This document shows positions 1-12,817 of a stretch of DNA of 64,000 nt, in pieces. Every line of letters begins with the position of its first letter. Position 1 is the first letter of the stretch. Where the stretch lies: NCBI RefSeq assembly GCF_006345805.1, contig NC_043006.1, forward strand, positions 3,534,001 through 3,598,000, given 5' to 3'. Origin of the DNA: Octopus sinensis. Taxonomy: Eukaryota. The translations under genes and the position numbers were made by a program. The notes under the pieces were generated by a model. That model did no database searches and was not told the DNA's origin. It saw nothing but the letters and a program-made list of their open reading frames with translations.

Positions 1-260
1 TAAGCGTATATTACTTCTTTATACTCTTCTCGGGTCCATTTGTTCCGCTTACATTTTTCTTTCTGTGGTGGTTGTGGTGGCGAACTTGGAGGGCTCGAGT
101 TGGGGGATTTTCCGTTCAAGTGACCATCTATGTCCGTATTCGGAGAAGTGTTTGTGCCAGTTGATGACTTTTCGATCCCAGGCTGGCTCTTCCCTGGGGG
201 ACGCGCTTCCAGATTAACCATAGGACAAGCGATTTGGTATACTGATTTAGTTTTCCTTTT
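1..260 (-). mobile_element. 5' part of an R4/Dong-type non-LTR retrotransposon ORF, running off the window edge
   Basis: Frame from ATG at 221 stays open to position 1 (MVNLEARPPG...KRNKWTREEYKEVIYA). The KWTREE..EV..Y motif resembles the N-terminus of R4/Dong ORFs. A (TAA)n-type microsatellite, the usual Dong target, lies upstream at 380-594. Confidence 0.5.
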
Positions 261-379
261 AGTTTCCAAAAACATTTTGGTGCTACGATAATGTTATCAT
301 TTTTTAGCTTTGATTGGCTCGTGGGGAGACGGCCATCATTGCCGTTACAATTATAATCGTACCATTATAGCAGCCGTAG

Positions 380-507
380 TCGGCTTATTATTGTTATTAT
401 CATCACCATTACCATCACTATCATCATTATCACCAGCATTACCATCATCATTATCATCATCACCATCACCATCACCACCATCATCATCAATGATATTGTT
501 TTATGTG

Positions 508-594
<87 letters not shown>
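380..594. repeat. (ATC)n/(ATT)n microsatellite
   Basis: Directly visible trinucleotide runs. Confidence 0.95.
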
Positions 595-596
<2 letters not shown>

Positions 597-639
597 CTCC
601 TTTCATTCGCTTCTTTCTTCTGGCCATTTCATCATGTTG

Positions 640-822
640 AACCGTTAATTTCTACACATTTTGTTCTCACTCCGTTTTTTTTCTAACTCTTCATCACTTT
701 TCTCGGAGAGCGTAAGCTCGAAGCGAAAAAGATGTTTCTATTCTTCCTGAGTGTTAAACTAATATACTTGTTTGTTGTTCTTACACCTATCTTCGTCTTT
801 TGTTTTCTGTAAATTTGAACGG
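640..822 (+). repeat. Dispersed repeat, unclassified (possibly a Penelope-like terminal repeat)
   Basis: 730-822 matches 30152-30255 (ttcttcctgag.gttaaactaa...tttgttgttc...gtcttcgtcttttgtttt...aatttgaac). 640-720 resembles 37425-37500. Confidence 0.55.
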
Positions 823-831
823 TGTGCACGC

Positions 832-921
832 CTCTCTCTCTCTCTTCTCTCTCTCTCTCTGTGTGCGTGTGTGTATGTGTGTGTGTGTGTGCGTGTGTGT
901 GTATGTGTGTGTGTGTGTGTG
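832..921. repeat. (CT)n-(GT)n compound microsatellite
   Basis: Directly visible. Confidence 0.95.
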
Positions 922-2284
922 ATGCAAGAAATGAAAATGTCCCTCAAACCCAACCGACAAAACCTGCAACTGACAAAATCCTTTGCAAACTTAAGGAAAT
1001 TAACTCCAAATGCTTAATCGTAGCAGAGAAGAATCGATGAGACACACTTGCTACTCCAGAGAAATCAACGAGAAAGAAGCAAGATCTTCATAGGTAGAAT
1101 TTACTCAAACTATGTGTGTGTTTATTGTGTGCATGTTTGCGCGCGCGCACGTAAATTAGAACGTTCTAGCCAGAAAAATGGTATGTGGGTCTGGGGGCCA
1201 AAGGAGTGTGGAATTATGCCTCAGAATGTAAAACCTGAGCTTGGGAAATTCCAAGACCACAAATCCAAGAAAGTTAAAACCTGGAAATTATGGAAAGCGT
1301 TGGTCTGTTGACATCTTGTGGAGGATGAATCGACAGAAAATGACCGACGGAAAATGGATAGAGACGAATATGTACTTTGTTTTTAACAGGAGACGTAAGA
1401 CAACGTAAACAAGGCGAGCGCAGAATGTTTGTATGTGTGTATGTGAAGGTGTCAAAGTGGCTGTTTGGCTGGTAATGGTCAGTAGTGATAGGAAAACAAA
1501 GAATTAGACGATGAGTCAAAGGTTCTAATCAAGTCCATGGTTAGCTAGAGTAAGTATGCGTGTACGTGTGTGTGAAACGGAGAGAAATTATCGATGAAGG
1601 AAAATGTGCATAACTATGTACCTAAGGGAAGACTATGTGTCGGTGTGTGAGTGCAGAAAGACAGGTATGATCATCGGAGAAGGTGGGATGTGTATGAGTA
1701 GGTAAATGTTTGAGTCATATGAGTTTGAGTATGTGATGTGTTTGACGTTATGAGGGAATTAAGAGTTAAGATGAGGGAGGAGAGAAGATAGGAGAGTGAA
1801 GAATCACGGGTGTGTAATTGTTGACAGGACAATGGAAACGTGGGTGTGAAAATACAGGCTAAGTAAATTGAGAATAGGAATTTAAAGAGGAAGGACTGAA
1901 AGTTTATAGAAAAAAAGAGAAAAGCTTTTTTTCCCTCAGCGAGAAATGTGAAATGTGGCGTGGAGTAGTCAGCGGCCAGTTTTTCAGATGTATACAGAAT
2001 TGCAGACGGAACACTCGAGCGCTTAGTTATGATTGAGGAATAAATAGCAGAAAGTCATTAAACTGGAGTGGTGGGTTGGTTGGTTGGGTCTTATAACAGT
2101 TGGTGCTGCAAAGGAAAGGATAAATGTTGCAGCAGGAACAGGAGAAGGAAAGGACCCTGGTGGGAGACGCATGAGCGGGTAGCGGGCTTTGCAGGTTCGA
2201 GTAAAGAAGAGATAGAAGAACTAAATGGCATTGTTTTAATTCTTATTTATATTCAATTCATTCCGTATTCACTTTAGTTTTCTT

Positions 2285-3330
2285 CTTAGTTTCAGCCCGA
2301 AGGTTGCGGCTATGTTGGAGCATCACCATTTGCTTTGCTACACTTTCACTAAACCTCATCTGATGCATGGCATTTGGTGAATAAGAGAGTTCGATGTTGC
2401 TGCCCTTATCTGTGTTTCTTACCTTGAGGTAGGTTCATCGGGAACTCTTGACAGGAAGAGATGCAGTTTTGTTTTGAAAACGCCTACATCCATGCCATGC
2501 AGGTCACTCAGGTTTAGTGGGAGGATATTGAAGAGCTGTGGACCCTTGAAGCCCAAACTGTTGTAGTATATGGTCCTGTATTCTAATGGCAATTTTGGGA
2601 GTTTTCGTAGCATGCAGTGGCGCCCCGTCCTGCAGCTTGTGTATCTGGCAATGCCACAATTTGGTACAAGTTCTTCTAGGATTTTCCTGATGTATATTAC
2701 TGCGTATCTTTCCTGCCTTCGTTCTAATGAGTAGTTTTAACTTTTTCTGTCTCTCCCAGTATCTGACATGTTACATTGAGACAATCTTCTTTATGTAGCT
2801 TCGCTAGGCAGCCTCGAGTTCCGTCGTTAATTTTACAATGTTTGATGAGCACAGTTGGGAGTAGTAATCCAGAGGACCATCATGGTCTCCTGCTCTCCCG
2901 TTTTGAGAGTTCGAAGGATTCATCCGGCCAAGCGTCTGCATTTTTTGCCAACTTGATAATATACACCTGGAAAGATGCATCATTATTTGTGTCGATGCCT
3001 AGATTACGCTCTGATTTTGATTCAGGGGTCGCAATTCCTCCTGGGCCAGTGTATCTTGTCTTTTTTCCATTGAGCTTCGTGTGTTCGTACTGCAGAGCTT
3101 GGAATTTTCCAGCATTAAACTACATAATATTTTCCTCTGCCCACCTGCATATTGTGTCCAACTCCCGTTGCAGATACGCAACCTCTCCAACGTTCTGTAT
3201 CATCTGAGTGACTTTTGTATCGTTTACATAGTTTGGTATGCTACTTGAGCAGCTGAGAGCATGTCTGAGAAAGCCATTATGAATAGCAGCGGCCTCGAGC
3301 CAGTGCCCTGTGGAACACTACTCCTTATTT
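2285..3330 (-). mobile_element. CR1/L2-group LINE, degenerate 3' half with RT domain and 3' tail
   Basis: Frameshifted RT motifs: PQGT..PLLF-like at ~3300, VNDTKV (YADD equivalent), RELDTICRWAEENNM.FNAGKFQ, and C-terminal GPQLFNILP...FKTKLHLFLSRVPDEP. Tail at 2285-2330. Confidence 0.8.
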
Positions 3331-3699
3331 GTGTTTCATTGGACTTCTATCCTTTAGAAAGTGATGAAGCCATTCTCCAAGTTTTCCAACAATGCCAAGA
3401 TTATGCAGCTTGTGACATGGTTGTGCACAAAATACATATTACTTGGATGTTTAAATTATGCTACACACGGTGATAATAACTTAATTTTTGACTGCTTCAT
3501 AAAGTGGGTGAATATTTTATTGCCTGGGAAAGAAAACACGGTACACGGGCCACAGCGAGGAACGGTCAGTATATTGTGTGAGTTTCCGCCAGAAGCATCA
3601 CTCCCTTGCTTTTTCTGCACATCAAAAATCCTGGAGAAATGTGTTTACATTACTATAATTGCAACCACAGCCATGGTTTTCTGACACTTACACTCATAC

Positions 3700-3724
3700 G
3701 TACATACATACATACATACATACA

Positions 3725-3760
<36 letters not shown>

Positions 3761-3792
3761 TACGTACATACGTACATACATACATACACATA

Positions 3793-3831
<39 letters not shown>

Positions 3832-3974
3832 TTATATATCAAAGAGCAAATAGGAAATACTATATAAACAGATGCACATCTGCACAAATCACATACACAA
3901 AGATTACATCACACTTGAAAGAAGATACATTGACAAGCACTTATCCCTGCAAGTTATAAAGCACGCATACATAA

Positions 3975-4005
<31 letters not shown>

Positions 4006-4465
4006 CATACATACACATACATACATACATAATACATACATACACACATACACACATACACACATATACATACATACATCATACATACATACATACATAC
4101 ATACATACACACACACATACATACATACATACATACATACATACACACATACTACATAAATACATACACACATACATACATACATACATACACACATACA
4201 TACATACATACATACATACATACATACACACATGCATACATACACACACATACATACATACATTACATACATACATACATACACACATACATACATACAT
4301 ACACACATACATACACAAATACATACATACATACATACATACATACATACATACATACATACATACATACATACATACATACATACATACATACATACAT
4401 ACATACATACATACATACATACATACATACATACATACACACATACATACATACATACATACATA
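3700..4465. repeat. Long (ACAT)n/(AC)n microsatellite array
   Basis: Directly visible, with a ~130-bp unique interruption at 3835-3965. Confidence 0.95.
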
Positions 4466-4766
4466 AACGTATTTGAAATTAGCGAGGTCACCATAATGGT
4501 AAGCTGTAAGTGGCTGGAGTACAGCCAGCTTCAGGAATGGGTGTATACACACACGAGGATGGTGATGAGGAGCGGGTAGGTGTAGGGCACAGAAAAAGAA
4601 GGGAGTGTATATTGTGTCCGGATGAAGGATAGGCACTATGATAGTTCTGCATGAATCATCATGCACACATACATACATACATACACACACATTTATATAT
4701 ATATATGTGTTTGTGTGTGTGTGTGTTTGTGTATATATATATATATTATATATATATATACATATA

Positions 4767-6012
4767 CAGGGTGTCCCAAAAAAATGTATACACACTTTAG
4801 CAGCTGATAACTCAATTGATATTTTTTCTTTCCAGATGAAACCTATAGGATTTAATGATGGCAGTCAGATTAAGCTTTGAACAAAGAAAATTCATTCTAA
4901 AATGATACTGGAAGTGTGAAAATGCAGTTGAAGTGCAAAAACAGTTGGGGAGGGAGTTTCAAACAGATCCATCAATGCAACTACCTATCACTTGAATTAG
5001 AGATAAGTTTGAAGCTGATGGAACTGTTCAGAATGTCCACGATAAGCATTCCAGACGACCCCGAACATCAACAACCCCAACAAAGCAAGGAGTACTGGAA
5101 ATGAATCACCAAAGTCCAAGAAAATCTGTGCGGCGAAGCGAGTCATGAGGTAGGTATTCCAAAATCATCTGTCCAATGCATTTTGAAGCATTGTCAATGG
5201 AAAAGTTACATTCCAAGATTAGTCGATGCTATTAATGACGATGATCCAGACGAAAGAGTGCAGCATTGCGAGTGGTACTTGGCACGATGTGTAGAAGATG
5301 CGCACTTTCCAACAAAGATTGTGTGGAGTGATGAAGCCACATTCAAATTAAATGGTTCAATTAACTGCCACAATTGCACCTACTGGGGTCCTGAGAATCT
5401 GCATGTTATGGTGAAACACCATGTTAATTTGATATTTGTGTGGTGTGGTTTATAATCAAGAGGATTAATTGGACCATTCTTTTGTTATGCTACTGTGACT
5501 GGTCCCGTTTACTTGAACTTGTTGCAACAGTCTGTTATGCCAAGCATTAGAGAAGACTTTGAAGATGAAAAGTTTTATTTTCAGCAAGATGGGGCACCCC
5601 CACACTACCATTGCTATGTTAGATCCTTCCTTGATGAGATCTTGCTAAACAGGTGGATTGGATGAAGAGGTATGGTTGAATTCACCAAACCTCACACCAC
5701 TAGACTTTTTTATGGGGATACCTTAAAGACAAATTCTACGCTATGAAACCTACAAGTCGCTGATTTAAGAGCAGCCATTGGACGAGAGTGCACACAAATA
5801 CCAAACAAATTTTTTTGTGATATTTGTGATTCCATTCCTTTGCGTTGTCAGCAGTGCCTGGACAAGACCGGACATCAGTTTGAAAACAGGCATTGACAAA
5901 ACAATAAAATAATGTCTGTAGATTCTATTAAATTTTGAAAATGAAGTGTCTTTTAATAAACAACTACTTTACAATTGTTTAAAGTGTGCATACAATTTTT
6001 TGGGACACCCTG
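4767..6012 (+). mobile_element. Full-length degenerate Tc1/mariner element (probably DD41D/rosa clade)
   Basis: TIRs cagggtgtcccaaaaaa..tg.atacacacttta at both ends, flanked by TA. Broken transposase with [22 protein letters not shown] and LTPLDF..WG motifs; the clade call is inferred from these motifs. Confidence 0.9.
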
Positions 6013-6066
6013 TATATATATATATATATGCATATACATAAATATATTTTTATATATACATATATA

Positions 6067-6221
6067 GAGCGCAGGCGTGGCTGTATAGTAAGAAGCTTTC
6101 TTCCCGACAACATGGTTCCGGGCTCAGACCTCCTGCGGGGCACGTTGGCCAAGTGTCTTCTACTATAGCCTTGTAAGTGGATTTGGTAGACGGAAATTGA
6201 AAGAAACTCGTCTTGTATATG

Positions 6222-6259
<38 letters not shown>

Positions 6260-6328
6260 TGTTTGCCCCACCACCACTACCATCGCTCGACAACCGATGT
6301 TGGTGTGTTTATGTCACCATAACATAGC
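6067..6328 (+). mobile_element. tRNA-derived SINE family A (octopus OK/OR type), interrupted by a Helitron
   Basis: Head ggcgtggctgt..gtaagaagc with B-box-like ggttccgggctcag, body matching other copies such as 49545-49985. Confidence 0.85.
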
Positions 6329-6329
6329 A

Positions 6330-6730
6330 TATATATATATATATATATATATAAAAGTGAGGTTGTGTGTCTGTCTCCTACGATTTAGATTCCTAACTAC
6401 TCCCACATTTTGCGGTGCAGTTTAACCAAAACCGGGTATCTTATATTCGTGATTCATATCGAGCCCTTCTGGATATTAGCGTCTACGATGAGTCTACGAT
6501 TTAAAAAAAAATTACCATCAATTTTTCTCATTTTTAATACATTTTTGGCATATATAAAGGAAGTAACTCTCTAAAAATTTATTATTAAATCTCAGAACGT
6601 AAAAAGCTACAGTAACACCCCCCCCTTTGTGGTTAGCCATATTGAGATGGCTATTATACTTTACATCTCTAAAAATGCTTATATAGTTATTTCCCTTACA
6701 AACCCGAGCAACGCCAGGCGATACTGCTAG
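6330..6730 (+). mobile_element. Non-autonomous Helitron
   Basis: 5' (TA)n-aaagtgaggttgtgtgtctgtct. 3' hairpin cccgagcaacgccagg (6703-6718) followed by CTAG (6727-6730) and T. Confidence 0.75.
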
Positions 6731-6842
<112 letters not shown>

Positions 6843-6929
6843 TATATATGCCACTGTGTGATATGGGTGTATGCGTATACGTGAGAGAAAGCGCGTGCCA
6901 GTACATATGTATATAAATAAGATATATAT

Positions 6930-7300
6930 TTCGTTTCTGCGTTTTAGCCACGTAGCTGTGGTCATACTGGTGCACAATTGTGACTTTCCGCAGCTCCCTG
7001 ACGCTTATGTCGTTGATTTCTTTCTGTATGCCGGGATTTCATATCACCCGCCTTGGTTGTTGGTTCATTTAATGATCGATAGAGTTTGACAGAGCCGTCC
7101 TCATCTGTACTTCATCTGGTATCGTGGAGAGGAGATTATACAATTCCTTGTTTGAAGGTAGCCACATCCTGTACGTTACGTAATTCTTCTGGTAGAACAT
7201 TGCAGAACTTTGGATCCCAGCCTCATGTAGCAGATGTTCCTCACTTTGGATGGAGCGGACAGCAAATTTGTTACAACGCCATGGCATCTAGTAAGTAGTG
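6930..7300 (-). mobile_element. CR1/L2-group LINE 3' fragment
   Basis: Frameshifted ..CNVLPEELRNVQDVATFKQG..NLLSTIPDE, homologous to the C-terminus of the 2285-3330 element. Tail gtgcaccagtatgaccacagct..ggctaaaac. Confidence 0.6.
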
Positions 7301-7786
7301 CATTAGTATAACTCTTTATCCCGATCTTTCATACTAGCCCTTCCGGAATGTGCATAAATCATTACATATCTTTCAAATCTTCGCTTCACGAACTAAAAAT
7401 GAAGTTTTTTTTTTCTCTAAATCCAGTGCTCCCTCTTTATAAGGTGTCTCGTTATACCGTGTCCCTGCACATAACGCAGGTGGATTGATGGACCCCAAAT
7501 AATTTGAAGCAGAATTTCTCATTATAGCCCACAACTTGCAAAAACTTTGATTAAAAGCAGAATTCCAATGAATTTCAACGAAATACATACCTTAATCAAC
7601 GGCTTGAACATATTGCAATCGCTTACCGTATAATTATATGCTAATTGCATGTTTTGTTTTGAAAACAACACTTTTTTGACCGGTGAGCACTTTTGACAGT
7701 TCGTTTTCCACGATTTGATTGGATGGTTTGAAGAAGCTTCCACCAATCAAAGGGTTCGAATGAGTCAAACAAATTAATATTTTAAG

Positions 7787-8185
7787 GAAATAGTTCTTTT
7801 CTACTCTAGGCACAATGCCCGAAATTTTTGGGGAAGGGGGGCAGTCGATTAGATCGACCTTAGTACGCAACTGGTTCTTAATTAATCAACCCTGAGAGGA
7901 TGAAAGGCAAAGTCGGAATTTGAACTCAGAACATAATGACAGACGAAATACCTATTTCTTTACTACCCACAAGGGACTAAACACGGAGAGAACAAACAAG
8001 GACTGACAAACAGATTAAGTCGATTATATCGACCCCAGTCCCTAACTGGTACTTATTTAATCGACCCCGAAAGGATGAAAGGCAAAGTCGACCTCGGCAG
8101 AATTTGAACTCAGAACGTAGCGGCAGACGAATTACTGCGAAGCATTTCGCCCGGCGTGTTAACGTTTCTGACAGCTCGCCGCCTT
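7787..8185 (-). mobile_element. SINE family B, two adjacent copies
   Basis: Reverse complement of ggcggcgagctg..gttctgagttcaaattc.gccgaggtcgactttgcctttcatcctttcggggtcg. Confidence 0.8.
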
Positions 8186-8309
8186 AATGGAAGTAATTAA
8201 CGCTTTGGAGGTACGATTTATATAAAAGGGAGACCATATTCCACTTCATTCATTACAATTTCAAGCTATCTTGCAGATATTTAAAAAAAAGTTACCTTAT
8301 GAATACACA

Positions 8310-9874
8310 ATGCCTAAGAGGAAATCCTATTCTGTAAAAGAACAGTTAAATCTGGTTGACCGCATACGAAATGGCAATATCAAAGCCAAACTATCGAGAG
8401 AGATCGGTGTTCCAGAGTCCAATCTGTGTAGTTGGGTTAAAGACGAGGCTAACCTCAGGAGTTATGTAAATACAGTTGTGGACAGTGAGGGCCTAACGAG
8501 GAAGAAGGTCAGGATTACCACTGACAGTGAACTTTAGAAAGCAGTTTTCACCTGGTTTGTCCAGGAGCCGAGTAGTGGCACACACCTGTCATGTGCTATT
8601 ATTAGAACCCAAGGCAGAGAAGTTTCCTAGTCAGAGCAACCTGACCAGCCTGACCAGCAGAACTTTCTAGCCAGCAAGGGATGGTTGTACAAGTTCCGGA
8701 AGCGACATGGCACAGGTGCTGTAAAGATCAATGGTGGGCAGAGATCAGCAGACAGCCAAGCTGGAGATGACTTCCCAGCTACCCTGAAGCAGCATATGGA
8801 ATCAGAGTGCCTCAACCCAGAACAACTGTATAATGCAGATAATCCGGCCTCAACTAGAAGATGCTACCAAACAACACCCTAGCAGTAACAACAAATGCCC
8901 ATCAGACTTTGGGCTACAAAAAGGTAAAGAACAGACTCGCCATCCTCTTTGTCTGCAACGTGACAGAGGCCCACAAGCTTAAACCCCTGGTTGTGGGCAT
9001 GTTTCGATCACCCAGGTACTTCGACCATGTAAACATGAACAATCTACCAGTGTTTTACAAACACTCAGCCAGCTCATGGATGAAGCCAGCATATTTGAAA
9101 AATGGTTCTTCAAGTCATTTGTCTCTAGTATCAGGAGTCACCATAGGAGCCTCAACCTGCGGGAGAAAAGCATCCCCCTGCTGGATAACTGCTCCGCCCA
9201 CCCACAGGGAGACTTCCTACAGAACAGAGATGGCTAGATCAAGGTCCTCTATCTACCCAAGAACACAACAGCAAAATACATCCCTATGGTGTTGGCATCA
9301 TTCAAGCCTTCAAAACTACCTACAAGAAGTGGCTCATCCTGGAAATGATAGAATCTCCACTTAGTGTTCCAGACTATCTGAAGCACCTTACCATCAAGGA
9401 TGCCAGTTACTTGTCAGGCAGAACCTGGGCTTCAGTGGCAACCAGGACCATTGCCAACTGCTGGAACAAGGCCCTTGGTGTAGCCTTCCCACAGCCCCAA
9501 CAGCCAGAATTAGGGTCAGAAAAAGAGGAATTCATGGTATTCACTGAGGAGGGGGCCAGGGCAGCAGAACAACGTCTAGACGATCACCTACAGGAGACAA
9601 TAACCCTGCAAGACTGGGTTAACAGGTAGAAAGAAGCAGAGGAAGCCATTGTGGAGCAGATTAATGAGTAGCCAGAAGATGACACAGAGGAAGCGGAGGC
9701 ACCATCTCCAGCCAAGTCCCCCACAGAGGCTGTCTCACACCTCAAATGGCTTATAGAATACACTGAGTGTGAAGACTATGACCGTCTATACCACGCACCG
9801 AGGAACCCGCTCAGGCAGACACAGATCTAAATGAGGAAGGGACTGTGCCAGAAGCTGACAGACTTTTTTATGTG
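8310..9874 (+). pseudogene. pogo/Tigger-family transposase pseudogene (CENP-B-type HTH plus DDE_1)
   Basis: MPKRKSYSVKEQLNLVDRI..KLSREIGVPES, FLASKGWLYKFRKRHG, QLYNAD, RLAILFVCNVTEAHKLKPLVVG, LLDNCSAH-like and C-terminal QKLTDFF. Multiple stops and frameshifts; no TIRs recognised. Confidence 0.85.
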
Positions 9875-11094
9875 ATTGAATAAGAAACAATTAAATGCGA
9901 ACTTTCATACAATGTAACTTTATTAATTAAACATACATTTAAGGGTTTTCAAATCATTCACTAGGTGGCATGATGGTCAAAAATGACCATTCCTAAAGTG
10001 GGAAAACCACCCGTAAACTTGTATTTTGCTCATAGCAGCGTCGTTGTAAGCTGTTTGAAGCATGATAACTGTTTTGGTGCCGTTTTCCCCAGTAAAAAAC
10101 AGAATTTTACAGAAGCACACTGTTCCTTCGTTTCAGCCATAGAAAAAAATCGACGAACAGGGGAGAAATACTACGACATCACAGGACGACGCCGGTCGGC
10201 AAATTGAGGGCAGCATCAAGTGGCTGCTAGCGACAGAAGCCTGAACTACAACGGTTTTCTGCCACAGTGAACGTTTCCGGTTAATTTTGGGTATCCCCTC
10301 ATATATGTCCAATGTATAAACGTATACGGACTCAAAGACAGAGACCTTATAGAATAGAAGAGAAAATAAGAAAAGAAAAAAAATGTTGAAAGAAAGGAGT
10401 CGTAGATATGTACAAATACATGTGTTTGTTTCTGGATTGTCTGTCTGTTCTGTGTCCACTTTGGTCAGTGAATTTCTTTACACGTTGAAGCAAGTGTTGG
10501 TAAATGTGAGAGATACTCTATGCATGTATATATGTGCTCATATATGTGTGTGTGAGTGTGTGTGTGTGTGAGTGTGTGTGTGTGTGTGTGTGTATGTGTG
10601 TGTGTGTGGTTGTGTGTGATTGAGTGTGTTTGTTTGTGCACCTGAGCATATATTCTTACCTATGATCTTTGTCCGAATATACACACGTATATACGGGGGC
10701 GAGTGGAGCCCCATTTATAAGTGTGTGTATATGTGAGAATGTATACATACTTGAAACAGGCACACATATATCCATGTGTGTTTATGTGTATGTATGTACG
10801 TACGTGTGTGTGCATGTGTGTGTGTGTGTATCTTGTGTATTCAATTATATGTACGACTGCTGCCGTTATGTTCAGAACTCTTTCCAACTTCAGACAATAG
10901 TTCTCTGTTACATAATGCAATAAAGAGTTTCAAGATGATCCGATGTGATTATGCATCCAAATGCACTTGGAACATCCACAAAGGTTCGCCAGAACAAATG
11001 ATATAAACAAGCTTTTATTGTAATTTCTGATATATTTATCTCTATCTGTGTGTGTGTGCTTGTTTTTATGGTGAATAATATATCTTTTATCTTT

Positions 11095-11338
11095 TCTTTT
11101 ATTTGTTTCAGCCATTAGACTACGACCATGCTGGGGCACTGCCTTGAAGAATTTTTAGTCGAATGACTCGACCCCAGTATTTAGTCTATCGATTTCTTTT
11201 GACGAACCGCCAAGTTGCAGGGACATAAACATGCCAACATCGATTGTCAAGCGGTGTTGGAGGACAAACACAGACACAAAGACACACACATACACACACA
11301 CATACATAGATACATACATAGATACATACATATACATA

Positions 11339-11414
<76 letters not shown>

Positions 11415-11467
11415 GTGTGTGTGTGTGTGTGTGTGTAACAACATCTGATGGTCTGGTCGGTCAGGTA

Positions 11468-11503
<36 letters not shown>

Positions 11504-11555
11504 GTATATATATATGACAGGCTTCTTTCAGTTTCCGTCTACTAAAGCCACTCAC
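11095..11555 (-). mobile_element. SINE family A with expanded internal (TA)n/(GT)n
   Basis: Tail tttcagcc..gaccatgctggggcac and body ttctttcagtttccgtctac. Confidence 0.8.
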
Positions 11556-11827
11556 ACATAATGATATGAATGACAAATGAAACGGGGGGAAATGAAGGCA
11601 ACAGCTGTATACCCGAGCACGTTGTTCTTTTATAAAATATTTCAAGGCAATCAACCTCATTACAAAAACAGCATTAAGGAGGCAATGCACCTCTTACATT
11701 GACTCCATACGAAGCCACTTTGAGGCAATATACCGCTTACTCAAATCCATTCAGGTATCAAATTAGAATCTTCTTCCTCGGCCAGACTCCACGCCTCAGA
11801 AAAACACCTGGACGGTTCCAAGTCGGA

Positions 11828-12817
11828 TCAATTCAACATAAATCTATAGGTATCCTTGGGGAAGGTATCCATTATCCTGAACAGTTCGTTCTCCCTCATG
11901 ACCGTCGCAGCCACCTGCGAAGGCCAGACAGGGTCCTCCGTGCGGGATAGGATCCCCTCCCTTCGGCCCTTCATTTTGAGCTTGTCAACAAAGCGCTCCA
12001 ATGTCCCTGCCTTATAGAAGAGGACCATAAATTCCTCCTCCATATCACGGAGGGCCTGTACAGTCTCCATCTTTAGTGGCACAACTCCTACCAAAGATGA
12101 TTCGGGACACGCCGGCAGTGTATCATCAACCGCAAGCGATGTCCAATTTTACTGTTTTTATTTTTGTTCCTTTGAGCCACGGGAGGGTGGAATTCCTCCG
12201 CCTTGTCCAGCAGATCCTCCTTTTCTCCCGCAGCCCTCAGTTCCTTCGGTGGACAACCATTGTTGCCCACCTTTCGTTTTCTTCCTTTTTTCGAGGAGGC
12301 TTCCACCTCCTCGACTTCCTCCTTCACTCCCTCCAATGAGGGAGCAGGGAGTAGTACTTCTATTAACTGCTCTAGGACCCTATTTTCGTCCTTGGGGCAG
12401 TTCTTCTTGATATGACTGGGTTCCAGGCACAGGTGGAGCGTCCCTCAAGCATCACCGGATACCTAGACCCGGTCATCCTTAAAAAGTCTGGAAAAACCAG
12501 AATTTTCTGCTGATTGGGTCCATAGGGTAAAAACAGCTTTTGACTCCTCCCAATCAAACGCAGGTACTGCTGCCACCCAGACCCCGGCAGATAGTGTCTT
12601 CTATCCACTCGGATTCAATTCCAGGTGGCAAACCGCAGACCCAAGCCCTCGTCAACATCTTCCCAGAATAAGTGGGAAGGAACAAAATTCCACTGCCCTG
12701 CAGGGGAAGGCTTGCGAATTCGCAAGCTTCTTCGGAGTAGTCAAACAACAACCACACCGTTGCAAATATGACCCCCCGAGAGAAATTCATTTTTGGACTT
12801 TCTTCTATCGAAGACAT
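11828..12817 (-). pseudogene. ORF1/gag-like zinc-knuckle protein pseudogene B
   Basis: Frameshifted MSSIEESPKMNF..GVIFATVWLLF..FLPTYSGKMLTRAWVCGLPPGIESEWI..PVMLEGR/(C)HLCLEPSHIKKNCP (CX2CX4HX4C spacing, first Cys at a lesion). C-terminus VGVVPLKMETVQALRDMEE. Confidence 0.7.

Noticed and set aside
310-648. 112-aa ORF with poly-Ser/poly-Ile, and the many YI/CV/HT-repeat ORFs throughout the track
   Set aside because: These are translations of microsatellites.
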